A stretch of 57,979 bases of DNA from Octopus bimaculoides. Taxonomy: Eukaryota. The stretch is taken from positions 36,371,150-36,429,128 of the forward strand of contig NC_068992.1 in assembly GCF_001194135.2 (NCBI RefSeq). The letters are read 5' to 3'. Position numbers and translations under genes: made by a program. Shown in pieces: positions 22,594 through 33,759 of the stretch. The notes below the pieces were generated by a model. That model was not told the origin of the DNA, made no database searches, and saw only the letters and a list, made by a program, of their open reading frames with translations. Each line of letters opens with the position of its first letter. The stretch's first letter is position 1.

Positions 22594-22638
22594 TTCAATT
22601 AGCGCTTTCGTACGTTCGTAGTAATCATCAGATTTCAA
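22594..22638 (-). ncRNA. Minimal hammerhead ribozyme in the PLE 3' terminal repeat (sense to the PLE)
   Basis: The minus strand reads TTGAAAT-CTGATGA-TTACTACGAACGTAC-GAAA-GCGC-TA-ATTGAA. The core is intact and stem III is the palindrome AGCGCT. Stems I and II are short, and the stem II closing pair is a T.C mismatch. Confidence 0.6.
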
Positions 22639-22959
22639 AATGTATTTAACTGACTGTTGAGTTCTACACAGTTGTTATAAAATGACTGACTTCTCCATTT
22701 TTGTACCTTTTAGAAAGCTCCAACAAGCCGAATGTTTGGAATACGGTTTTGACCAAACCGCATGCAGTTAAACGTCACGGTTTGCCGGGTGTACCGATAT
22801 TACTGGCATAGATCCCGCCTTTATTTTAATCAATTAGCTTGCGGGTTACATGTTTTATGAGTGAGCAAACTTGGTTTCGATCGTTTTTATTTCAATTGGT
22901 GGGAGTCTTCTGTAACTCGTTTATATGAATATGTAAAAGATATTATTTAATCCACATTA

Positions 22960-23698
22960 TTAACTGGTTGTTATATTATTGCTGTTATTTCCGTTCAGAA
23001 CAGGTTTGAACATTTTAATAAACCGTTTTTCTTTTATCTTTCTTCCAACCTCACTTGTGTCATATAGTTTGTGGAGAGGAAAAATTAGAAACATTTTCTG
23101 ACCGCATGATTCTATACATTCGCTCAATGGAATTTGGTGAACAGTAATGTTCTGGATTTGTTGTCTGTGGACTCGTGAGCGTTCCCTGTCTCGCCAATAT
23201 ATAGTTCCTCGCAATTCAGGCATTTAATGCAGTAGATCAAATTTCTGCTTTTGCAGTTCATATCTGCAATTGCGAAAATCTATCCCGTAATTGGATCTAC
23301 CAAAATGCATGTATTGACACGTTCCACATCTGTTATCATTACTCTTGGATATCGTGAATGCTTTATCCTGTTACTTTTTCATGTTGAATGTTGCCTTTGT
23401 TAATAGTTTCATTAGGTTATGTGGTTACCTTTTGCTTAAGGTAAGTGTTTGATTAGTTATTATGTTTTTTTAATTTTTTCACTTTGTTTTATAATTGGCA
23501 AATTTGTTTTGATGATGTTAAAAATGTTTTGGTGATGCGGATTTTGTGTTACTAGAAATGGTACTGTGTTCCGTTGATGGGTTCATCTTTCTCGTGTTGC
23601 TCTAAGTTGTTCTATAAGTGTCTCTTTTGCTCATTGTATGCTATTTTCTATAAGTACGAGAGGGAAATTTTGCTTGAGCAGAAATCCTTTGAGTTCTG
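22960..23698 (-). pseudogene. PLE ORF C-terminal part (thumb/linker, Cys motif, GIY-YIG)
   Basis: ELKGFLLKQNFP...VPFLVTQNPHH...DNRCGTCQY...DMNCKSRNLIYCIKCLNCEELYIGETG...KEKRFIKMFKPVLN. Confidence 0.85.
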
Positions 23699-23747
23699 TT
23701 AGGTCGTCAAGTATGAAATTTGTAGAAAAGAAAAAGAAGTTTGCTAA

Positions 23748-23773
23748 TCTATATATATAAAACAGAAACTATC

Positions 23774-23816
<43 letters not shown>

Positions 23817-26152
23817 NNNNNNNNNNNNNNNNNNNNNNNNNNNNNNNNNNNNNNNNNNNNNNNNNNNNNNNNNNNNNNNNNNNNNNNNNNNNNNNNNNNN
23901 NNNNNNNNNNNNNNNNNNNNNNNNNNNNNNNNNNNNNNNNNNNNNNNNNNNNNNNNNNNNNNNNNNNNNNNNNNNNNNNNNNNNNNNNNNNNNNNNNNNN
24001 NNNNNNNNNNNNNNNNNNNNNNNNNNNNNNNNNNNNNNNNNNNNNNNNNNNNNNNNNNNNNNNNNNNNNNNNNNNNNNNNNNNNNNNNNNNNNNNNNNNN
24101 NNNNNNNNNNNNNNNNNNNNNNNNNNNNNNNNNNNNNNNNNNNNNNNNNNNNNNNNNNNNNNNNNNNNNNNNNNNNNNNNNNNNNNNNNNNNNNNNNNNN
24201 NNNNNNNNNNNNNNNNNNNNNNNNNNNNNNNNNNNNNNNNNNNNNNNNNNNNNNNNNNNNNNNCCAACGAGTCTTATGCCATGGTTTATTTCATTAAATT
24301 GCACTTTGCTTGAGCACAATTCGACAAACTCACATTCGGAAAAAATGCCTTTGTTGAGGTAGCTCCTGATTTGTGTTTTTTTCAGAACACTGACCCCATT
24401 TCTTCTCCGATGCATAAACAATTAATCTCCACCATGGTGTGCACACACATTGTGACACCACGTGACCTTAAAATAGTCACTGCCAATAACAGTAAACATC
24501 CGGCACTGAGGCTTTCCATTGCAATAAAGGAAAGCAATTTCTATGTGTAGCATGAGATAGCTAAAGCAATAACAGCCTCTGCACTGCGCAAGCTACTGGT
24601 AAGTACTTACTACTTCCTTCATCCATTTCACTAGCAGTAGTCACCAGCATTGCATGGGTCTTAATGAATTACCACGAAACTGCAGAAACATGAGGCCTTA
24701 CACTTGAGAAAAGACGGTTAAGGCAATAACCTTGGTAACCACTTGAATGAAATCAATACCCAAGCTGCCTTTCAAAAATTTATATTTTTGCACTGTTTAC
24801 AGTTTCCGTGTACAAGTGCTTTCAGGTGAAGCCGAGCCAAACCGCTGAACCAGCAGACCGACTCAATTGAAATTTAAGATATGCATTAGGTATGTTCTGA
24901 GGCATGTTTTAGTCAACAACTGCTTCGATCAATGTTCAGTTTTCGCAAAAAACTCGATCGATAATTATCGAATTTTTAAAAAAGTCGTCCGATTTCAACT
25001 AAACTCGGTACACATTTGCAATTTGGCCCAAAGAGTTTCATGGTGTCGCGGTACTCAGCGAATGACTGGAAGACTGAAACTGATCTACAGAAGCACAATG
25101 AAGCTGCGTACCACTTAATGTGTTTATTGGTCCAGCATTTGATGTAACACCAGATTATTCAGATTTATTTATGTTATTGCATCTTACTTAAAAACCCCTT
25201 TTGTTTTCACTAACACCAGTCACAATCCTGCTCCAACGTTTTCACTGCAACCTCTCCTCTCAAACCTATTCCTTCCTCCTTTAATCCAGCTGCAGTTGGT
25301 AAGTCAGAAAATTACTATTACATCTACTGTTGTTCCTTGCCATTTCACCTCGTGCTGTTGGAACACATTCATAAGGTACCACCTCTCATTGACAAAATTA
25401 GGTAGAGGAAATTTTGGCAAACGTCTTTACCTCGCGAATTGGTAAGCAACGTTATCTCAGACCAATGCAGAACTCGCCGAACTGCGAATGCTGCTTCAAA
25501 GGCAGCTGCTCGAGCTTCAGAGAAGAAGGCCAGCGAAGAAGACGTCAAATCGCCAATGCTGTTGTGACTGCGACTGCTTGCGCTGCAGAAACCGAAGACC
25601 AACGCAAAACTCACCGAAATGCGAATGCTTCTTCAATGGCAGCTGCTCGAGCTTCAGAGACAAATGACCAACGAAGAAGCCGCCGATCTGCTAACGCTGC
25701 ATCTACAGCTGCTGCAAGAACTACTGAAACAAGTCCCCAGCGGAAACGTCGCCGAGCTGCTAATACCGCGTGCACTTCAGCCGCACGCGCCGAGGAGAAT
25801 GAGGAACAGCACCATAGACGTCGGACAATGGATGCTGCAGACACTGCTGCTGCTCGATCTTTCCAAACGTTACAAGACCGTGATAATCGCCTTCGGAGTG
25901 ATGCCAGACAGCGAGCCCTTAGGAAAGGTGTTTCTAAACCGTTGGCTTCACAATGGGCCTTAAAAGCATTCCACAAGTGTATGGTTCTAATCTGCGCTGA
26001 GCTGATGAGTAAGGTATTGAAATCAGAAGAGCATTGCGCGAACGCGGTAGCCGAGGTAGGGCTCAAAAAATTTTCTCAAGTGTAAGACCATATCTTTCCG
26101 CAGTTGAATGGTAATTTATTAAGACCCGTGCACAGCCGGGTACTACTGCTAG
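23748..26152 (+). mobile_element. Non-autonomous Helitron inserted between A and T in the mariner 3' end
   Basis: 5' end A|TCTATATATATAAAAC. 3' hairpin CCCGTGCACAGCCGGG (26125-26140), 8-nt spacer, then CTAG|T. There is no TSD. Removing it restores the mariner 3' end (GCTAA|TGTTTTAT). Contains an N gap. Confidence 0.85.
25448..25929 (+). pseudogene. Seven 69-bp (23-aa) STPR-like repeats inside the Helitron
   Basis: Units start at 25585, 25654, 25723, 25792 and 25861 (exact 69-nt period), for example AETEDQRKTHRNANASSMAAARA and SETNDQRRSRRSANAASTAAART. Two more frameshifted units lie upstream. Confidence 0.75.
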
Positions 26153-27012
26153 TGTTTTATAAATACAAGGAATAGTTTTATTCGTCAAGGTATGCAACCA
26201 TATTGTCAATACTCTTTTGCCATTTCAGCGGTAGCTTGTCTAGCCCGAAACTTTAAAAGCCTGACAATCTAGAGTCAATAGAATCTTGGAAGGCCTGTTC
26301 TACAGCATAGTCGGAATTAAATTTTTTTCCTATCAAAAAGTTATCCAAATTCTGGAAGAAGTGGTAGCTAGTGGGAGCAAGATCAGGTGAGGATGGTGGA
26401 TGATGGAGAACTTCCAACTTTAGTTCCACCAATGTCATTTTTGCGATATGTAGTCTGGCGTTGTCTTGCAATGAAATAGGAGTGGATCTGTTGACTAAAC
26501 TAGGGTGATGTTTTCTAAGTTTCTGCATCATTTGGTCCAGTTGGCTGCAGTATACTCCGCCGTGATTGATGAGCCAGGTTTAATGAAATCACAATGGATC
26601 ACACCTGCACCAGACCACCAAACACACACCATCAGATTCTTTTGATGAATTTTGGTTTTGGACTGTGTTTTGGTGGCTCGTATTTGTCCAACCATTGTGC
26701 TGAACGTTAACGGTTGTTGTATTGGATCCATTTCTCATCACGTAACAATTCGATTCAAAAATGATTCATTTTTGTGACGAGAAAGTATCATAATGCAGGT
26801 TTCCAAACGTTGCTGTGGAACTCACTTATCCAACTTTTTCACTTTACCGATTTAAACTAGGTGAGTCAATATTGTTTGCTTGCTAACACCAAACAACAAC
26901 GATAATTTTCAGGCACTTTAAGATGGATCTCAATATAATAATGGCGCAAAATGAGCAGCTGTCAAATTTTACCATATACCTTACTACAAATTTCATACTT
27001 GACGACCTAATA

Positions 27013-28494
27013 TAAGTCGTATGTTCCTGGTATTTGGACCATCTACTATAGTACAATTTTTCCTGACTAGACAGTACAGGATGTTGAGTTTTGTGTGTGT
27101 CGAGTGGAATGTCTTTGAGGATGAGGCTCACCACGTGTAGTATGAAGGTTACAGTAAACTTACTGGGGATCGCTTCTCTATGCATCTCTATGCATCAAAA
27201 CTAACAGTGAATTGTATTCTGTTGTTTTGGGCTGTTGTTTTGGGCAGATGTGACATGAAATCGATGTCATCCCGAATGAAACTGGGTATGTGACTACATA
27301 GTGGTTTTAGGATAATGTCATTGAGGTTGCTCAAACGATGTGTAGGACAGCTGTAATGGGTCTTAGTTTAAGGTCTTTTAGTTATAGTAGTTTTATGTAT
27401 TCACTACCTTGTTCCTTTACAGCGTTTTGTATTCCTTTTGACTTATGTATTTTAAGTAAGCCATAGAAATTGCTGGATTTCGACTCAAAATTGGTAATAT
27501 ATTCCTTTTCATTAGAATTGAGGGAGTTATAATGTTTTGAGACTAGATAATTGAGTTTCTTCATGATGCGGTGGTCAATATTCGAGGATATTTATGGTAG
27601 AACGTTGTATGCTTCAAATGATCTTTAGCTAGATCCCGCTAATTTTCCGTATCCATCATAACAATGGCACCCTCTTTATCCACTTGTTTGATGACAATTG
27701 TGTTGTCATTTTTAAGACGTATAAGGGCAGACTTTTCTAGTTTTGAAACGTTTGGTCTGACATTATGCCTCTGTGGAAATCTGGACAGGATATCAATGAA
27801 CTGATCTAAATGTGTATTTCGTCCTTTTGGAGGGTTAAATTTTGATTTATTTTTCGCCAAGGATTCATCATTCTCATTATTTTTATCATTAAAAACACTC
27901 TACAAGTAGTTTGGATATCTTCCTCCAATTCCTGATGTTTGACTGTAGGTGTAGGTGTGAATTTTAGTCCTTTCATCAATAACCGGAGTTCGTCACTGTC
28001 TGTATTTCTTTCTAACAGATTTATAATTTTAGGATCTATCCTATCAGTTGTTTCACAGTTGTTTCTTCTTGGACTTTTCTTTCTCTGATGTTTGCTGTCC
28101 CGACCCTAAAAAATAAATTTTTTTGTCTGGTGAGCTTTGTATTTTGGTTGCGGTGTTTGGTTAGGCATGTTTTTTCTCTTGTTCCTAGGTATGGGCATAT
28201 TATTTATATTTTCAGCTTGTGAAAAGAATTTTTGGGATCTATTTGATGGTCTGGTATGGTTTTTGTTCTGTTTTTAATAGGTAATTTTTGTATAGGTCTT
28301 GAATGTGATTTCTTCCCGGTTTTTCGTTCTCTAATATTTTGATCAAATCAATAATTGTTTTGTTTATTGAAGTTTTGATCAAAGGAATGTTTGTTTTGTC
28401 TATGATATTCTTGTATGTTACGTGTATTGGTATGTTTCTTTGTCTTTTTAAATGATCAAAGACGCATTCCAAAAATTCGGCTTGTTGGAGCCTT
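27013..28494 (-). pseudogene. PLE ORF N-terminal part and RT start; the RT core is deleted near 27180
   Basis: Motifs as above. The sequence jumps from SFDA (RT motif A) to HTKLNILYCL, so the QG/YxDD core is missing. Confidence 0.8.
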
Positions 28495-28521
28495 CTAAGA
28501 GGTACAAAAAGGAAGTTAGTA
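28495..28521 (-). promoter_or_regulatory. Candidate 3' splice site (branch point, pyrimidine tract, AG) leading into the PLE ORF
   Basis: TACTAAC (28521-28515) TTCCTTTTTGTACCTCTTAG|AAGG. The other repeat copy has GACTGAC...TTTTTGTACCTTTTAG (22684-22713). Confidence 0.55.
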
Positions 28522-28566
28522 ATTTTACTACAGTTGTCAAGAACTCAACTGTCAGTTAAATATATT

Positions 28567-28611
28567 TTGAAATTTGATGATTACTACGAACGTATGAAAG
28601 CGCTAATTGAA
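28567..28611 (+). ncRNA. Inverted copy of the PLE hammerhead with a C3>U core mutation
   Basis: TTGAAAT-TTGATGA-TTACTACGAACGTAT-GAAA-GCGC-TA-ATTGAA. Confidence 0.5.
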
Positions 28612-28645
28612 CTTTATAAACATTACAAAATATTTTTTTAATGTT

Positions 28646-28648
<3 letters not shown>

Positions 28649-28735
<87 letters not shown>

Positions 28736-28839
28736 ATATATGCATACGTATATACATATGTACATATATATGTATACGTATATGTGTGTGTGTTTGTGCG
28801 TTTGTGTGTGTATACATACATACATAAATGTGTATATAC

Positions 28840-28890
<51 letters not shown>
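28649..28890. repeat. (CA)n(TA)n composite microsatellite
   Basis: Seen directly. Confidence 0.95.
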
Positions 28891-29079
28891 GAGAAAGGGG
28901 GGAGAGAGAGAAATTTAAATGCGATAATCGTTGAAGCAATATTTTAATTCTTTTGACAATAAATTAGTTTATTACACTACTGGTTCCATAGGGCATTGGA
29001 AGGCGTTCTGTCATCTGATACCGAGTATATTGATCGGATAATTTCTTCCACCTAAAAGCATTATACTAGAATTAGCATA

Positions 29080-29900
29080 GCTCCGTTCATCATAATAGAG
29101 TACAACAGCGGTAGTAGATAGAATTCCACTTGTAACAAACTGCTAGAGTTTGATCATATAAGTCAATCAATAAGAATATTGTCAGAAAGTATGCATCCAA
29201 TAATACCTTTGGAATTAAAATGTTCATGTTCAATGATACCTTGAAAGAATGTCTGAAAAGAAATCTCAACAAATTGCAGCTCGATTTCCAACAAATGAAC
29301 AAATAAATTCTGCCACAATTCTGCTTGTATTCGGCAGTTTGCACTTGTCTTTTATTAAATTTATGTGATTTAGTTCCCCTGTTTGAAGTACAGCAACAGT
29401 TGATGATGCAGAAACGATGGTAGCAATACTTTGAAAAATCATACGGCTACAATAACGCATTCTTAAAAACCGGGGTGTGATTATATTGCCCTACAATTTA
29501 ACTAAAGAAATAAATATTTGTTGCTATAACATCAATATATTAATTTCGATCAAATGAATGTGTTTTAGAATGTATACTATAAGTATTTATTCTTATTTCA
29601 TATGTCGAATAATAATTATTAAGCTGAAGACCAGCATCTACAAGATGTTCTAAGTAAGTATTATTTTCTCATTTCTTTCGCTGCCCGTAGCAGGACTATA
29701 GCAGCTCTATAGAGCTAACTAAAGAAACAGTTGTCACTTAATGCAGTTTAGCAAATACATTTACTTTTGCTATTCTCAATGAAGTCGATTATGCCAATGA
29801 AAGGTGTCTCCGGATACTCAACTACAACAGCAATGCGTAATATCGATTTTTCTACCGGTTGTCCAACGCCCAATGGATTTAGACAAAATATCCTATTTCT
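29080..29900 (-). pseudogene. Possible ancient Helitron Rep/helicase remnant
   Basis: Weak motif echoes: SIATIVSASSTVAVLQTGELNH (compare VASSGIAATLL.GG.T.H) and DLYDQTLAV (compare GDFRQ.LPV). Confidence 0.3.
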
Positions 29901-30044
29901 GTTTGATAAAATTTGACGTGTGAATGAAATATTCTTTAAAATATCAACTGGTTAAGCAATATATTATTCATATAGTACATTGATGTCTAACATAGACATG
30001 ATACCAGTTTAGCAGATAAACTAAGTTTTAATATTGATATCAAA

Positions 30045-30623
30045 TTTTAGCACTAGACCAGCAATTTCGTCGGTATGGGTAAGTCGATTGCATCGACCCA
30101 GTGTTCAACTGGTACTCACTACCTCGAAAGAATGAAACGCAAAGTCGGCCTTGAACCAATTTTTAATATTAACATATGGAAAAGAGGGCGAGATGAAGAA
30201 TCGTTAGCACGCCGAGCAAAATGCTTAGCGTATTTCATTCGTCTGCACATTCTGAGTTCAAGTTCCACTAAGGTCGACTTTGCCTTTCATCCTTTCGGGG
30301 GTCATTAAAATAAGTACCAGTTAAACACTGGGGACGATGTAATTGACTTACACCCTCCCTCGAACTTGCTGGCCTTGTGCCAAAATTTGAAACCAATATT
30401 AGCATATGGCGAACTGGCAGAATTATTAGCGCACTGGAAAAATGCTTAGCGATATTTCATCTGATTTTACGTTCTGAGTTCGAATTCAGCCGATGTCGAC
30501 TTTGCCTTTCATCCTTTTGGGGTCGATGAAATAATTGCCAGTTGAACACTGGGGTTGATGTAATCGACTCCGTTCTCCCAACTGAAATTGTTGGACTTCT
30601 GCCAAGATTTGAAACCAATATTA
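30045..30623. mobile_element. SINE B cluster: one partial minus-strand copy (30045-30160) and two tandem plus-strand copies (30187-30401, 30408-30623)
   Basis: Each copy carries the GGGGTCGAT/AAGTACCAG motifs. Both plus-strand copies end GAAACCAATATTA. Confidence 0.85.
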
Positions 30624-31256
30624 ACAAACGGCTAATTTAATGATGCGATGTTTTGCTTCGACATCTAGTATTTTCTTTTTACTGCCGCATGATCTAAAAA
30701 TTTATTACTTAACCGTTATTCATATAATCCTTTAGTATATTTACAAACAATTTCTTAATAATAATGGTCTCGTTTTGACTTTAAATCTATTTCATGTCTA
30801 TTGATATAGTAAAATATTTTATTTTATATTTTTTGTTTCGTTTGCATAACATCGAATAAAAAAAAAGGAGTTTTGTATTATTGACTTGAATAAATCTACA
30901 TATTCATACATTCAAATACTGTTGCTGCTGGAGTAGCACACACACACATACACACACACACACACACACCTAGAAAACAGTTAAAACTATCCTTGTTGTT
31001 CAGTCCTCCCATTTCGACACGCAGTGCCTAGAAATGCAGATTCAGTATGAATGTTAATGAAAATTAAACAAATATGTTTAAATAAACGATCGCTATTCAG
31101 GCTTTGTTTTTCTACTAATCATGATTGACAAATTTCTGAAAAAAATTATGTAATTGTAGTGAACGTATCTTCGTAACATTTTGCATTTTGTGTAACTGCT
31201 TTCGTTTCCTTATTAAGGAGCTGCATTTTAAAAAGGGAAAAAGAGTATATAAAAAT

Positions 31257-31316
<60 letters not shown>

Positions 31317-32080
31317 TTATATTTATATTACCTTGCTCAGTACANNNNNNNNNNTATTCAGATGTTGAAAAATCACATTCAAATTTATGATAATTTAAAT
31401 CTAAGTATGATTTTCAATGATTTTCCTTCTGAGAAGCTGTCTAATCTTAAATGTCTTCTGAAAAGGTAAAAGTGATTGAACCTTATTTGCAGGTTCCTTT
31501 TCTGCATTTAATTGTTTCAAATACCGATCTATATGCTCGCGTATGTAAATTATTACCGAAGAAATAAACTGAAATTATACAGTAAACTGATTAAAATTAC
31601 TCTTAAACATTTGACCAAAATGTAAAATTAATTGTCATTGCCAATTATATTAGAAAGTGCCAAAATTCCAAGTTTCAGCAAAAGAAAAAAATGTTAACCC
31701 GAGCATATCGTATCCCAGATAAGTGCCATTAACTTGAAAGGCAAATGTTCCATTAACATATGTCTCTCTCTATTTACTATTGCTCTTATTACCTTTGCTC
31801 TCTTTAACTCGCTGTCTCTATGCTACTCCAACAAAAATTCACCCAATACATATGTCTTTTCTTTTCCGTCATTTCAGTTGAATTTCCACCAAGACAACCT
31901 TTCCTATACACTATATCCAATTCCCCTTGCACCTTGAAACACCTATGCCAATGAATTCCTACGAAGTAAAGCATAGTTATCAGTGTGTCCTAATTTAGTT
32001 TAGACACACAGAGACGAGTATTGATTTTCCGCCTTATTTTGTACTTTTGCATTAACAACTAGCATTATTCTCTCTACTGT

Positions 32081-32306
32081 AAAGCGGCAAGCTGGCAGAA
32101 GCGTTAGCACACTGGGCAAAATGCTTTGCGGTATTTCGTTTGTCTTAACATTCTGAGTTCAAATTCTGCCGAGGTCGATTTTGCCATTCATCCTTTCGGG
32201 ATCGATAAATTAAGTACCAGTTGTGTACTGGGTCGATCTAATCGACTGGCCTCCCCTTCTCCAAAATTTCGGGCCTTGTACCTAGAGTAGAAAAGATTAT
32301 TCTCTC
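32081..32306 (+). mobile_element. SINE B copy with a candidate 11-bp TSD
   Basis: Complete copy. ATTATTCTCTC occurs at 32064-32074 and 32296-32306. Confidence 0.85.
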
Positions 32307-32811
32307 AATGATTTAGTGTACTACTTTAGATGTTATAGTGTATCTCTTGCAAGAAATATGATATATAATTACGTAGAAAAAACACTAAGATTTTATTTGA
32401 AAGGATTTTAAAGTATTTGAGGAATATCGTGATATCCCATTCTAATATGAAATATTCAAAGATATTAAAGATACCTTACAAAACAAAGAAAAAAGCATTT
32501 GTTTTCTCATCGTGACTTATGGTAGTTTCATTCCAGCATGTATCGCGATTTATAAATTTAACCGAGTTTCTTTTTTAAACTTATAATGGCCCAAAAAAGA
32601 TAATTTATCTTGTAAAATTTATATCATCTCTTCACAGCTTCAGCTTGTCTGCGTAGCATATTGCTTTGTACAATCTGTTAAAAAAACAAGTTGGCTCCGT
32701 TCTTCTTTTTTTTTTATTCATTTTCTTTTGCGGATAAACCCGTTAATCAATCATACTTTTATTACTGAATAGTATTGCATTCTCAATGCGCTTAATTTGT
32801 AACGATTACTC

Positions 32812-32864
<53 letters not shown>

Positions 32865-33049
32865 TCCCCCCTCTCTCTCTCTCTCTCTCTTCGGGTTCGG
32901 GTGTTCGGCTGGGGTGTATCTTCAATGATACCTATCAAAGCCAGTTTTACAGGCACCCGATTATAATGGAGTGTCGCCCTATTGAAGATATCCCTACCTG
33001 CGAATAGAGTGGGGATTATTTTGTTTATACCTATGATTAAGTTTCAGAT

Positions 33050-33600
33050 TACAGTGAGAGTTGTGAGTCTCTTGTTTCTTCGTTTGGCATTCAGTATGGG
33101 CTGCAATTACTTGTCTTGAGATCTAGAATGACATCTAAGTATTCAGTCATTGTCAGACCTTGAGAGTAGCGTGACCGTTTGTATGGCGTAAAATAAATCG
33201 ACCGTCTTTGCTGCACAAGACCGAACTGTGGGGATGTCTGCGTTACTTTAGAGCATCCAGGATAAATAACCCGATTAGATCAGTGACCACAGTATCGTCG
33301 TTGTTTTCACTAAGGATACACCCTGTTAATAAACTTCAAGTCTACTGAAAATCTACCGCATTCCTAGTTTGCTTACTGACATTTGAATGCTATACGATAC
33401 CTGTTTAACCACAGTTGGATTACTTATCTTTCCATATAGTTTATTTTCACTCGGTTATTATTACACCACGCAAACTTATATGTAATCTGACACCACTAAA
33501 CCTGTTATGTGGTACTATCAAATCGATAGAGCACCAACTACTCGACCCCGATATACTGTGTTTTGTATCACATAGAGCATATAACGAAATCAACTGTCAT
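33050..33600 (-). pseudogene. Decayed PLE RT fragment (second family)
   Basis: VVTDLIGLFILDAL and EYLDVILDLKTSNCSPY*MPNEET (compare CELVGLFIL and FLDVTLDL.TGKY.PY.KPN). Confidence 0.5.
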
Positions 33601-33759
33601 CGCTCTTTAGCGAAGGGAAGGGTAGCCACGTTGCCTGAACTGAAAAGTAGGAGCTAGCCACCGTCCAATGAGAGGAAATCATTCCCTTTTCAGACTCTCC
33701 TATATGAGACTTAATGACCACTATGCTAATTTTCATTTCGAATGAAATTGCAGTTTAAT

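Larger units (their letters stand above)
23699..27010 (-). mobile_element. Mariner (D,D34D) DNA transposon, internally deleted (~0.9 kb net), split by a Helitron
   Basis: Perfect 27-bp TIRs TTAGGTCGTCAAGTATGAAATTTGTAG at 23699-23725 and 26984-27010. The TSD is TA on the right and TG on the left. Transposase motifs LDK*VP, RIVT-DEKWI, LMVCVWW, LQDNARLH and HPPSSPDLAPTSYHFF. Confidence 0.9.
22556..28648 (-). mobile_element. Penelope-like element (RT plus GIY-YIG) with ~200-bp inverted terminal repeats; internally deleted and interrupted by a mariner
   Basis: N-terminal and RT motifs SKFNPP, IVIKQVDKEGAIVMMD, FYGLLKIHKSK, LKLRPI and TKLNILYCLVRKNCTIV. The C-terminal GIY-YIG motif LIYCIKCLNCEELYIGETG ends KPVLN. 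The inverted repeats are 22556-22755 and 28453-28648. Both ends are flanked by (GT/CA)n-(TA)n tracts. Confidence 0.85.

Noticed and set aside
25978-26020. CTGATGA...GAAA inside the Helitron
   Set aside because: No stem II, stem III or UH triplet can be formed.
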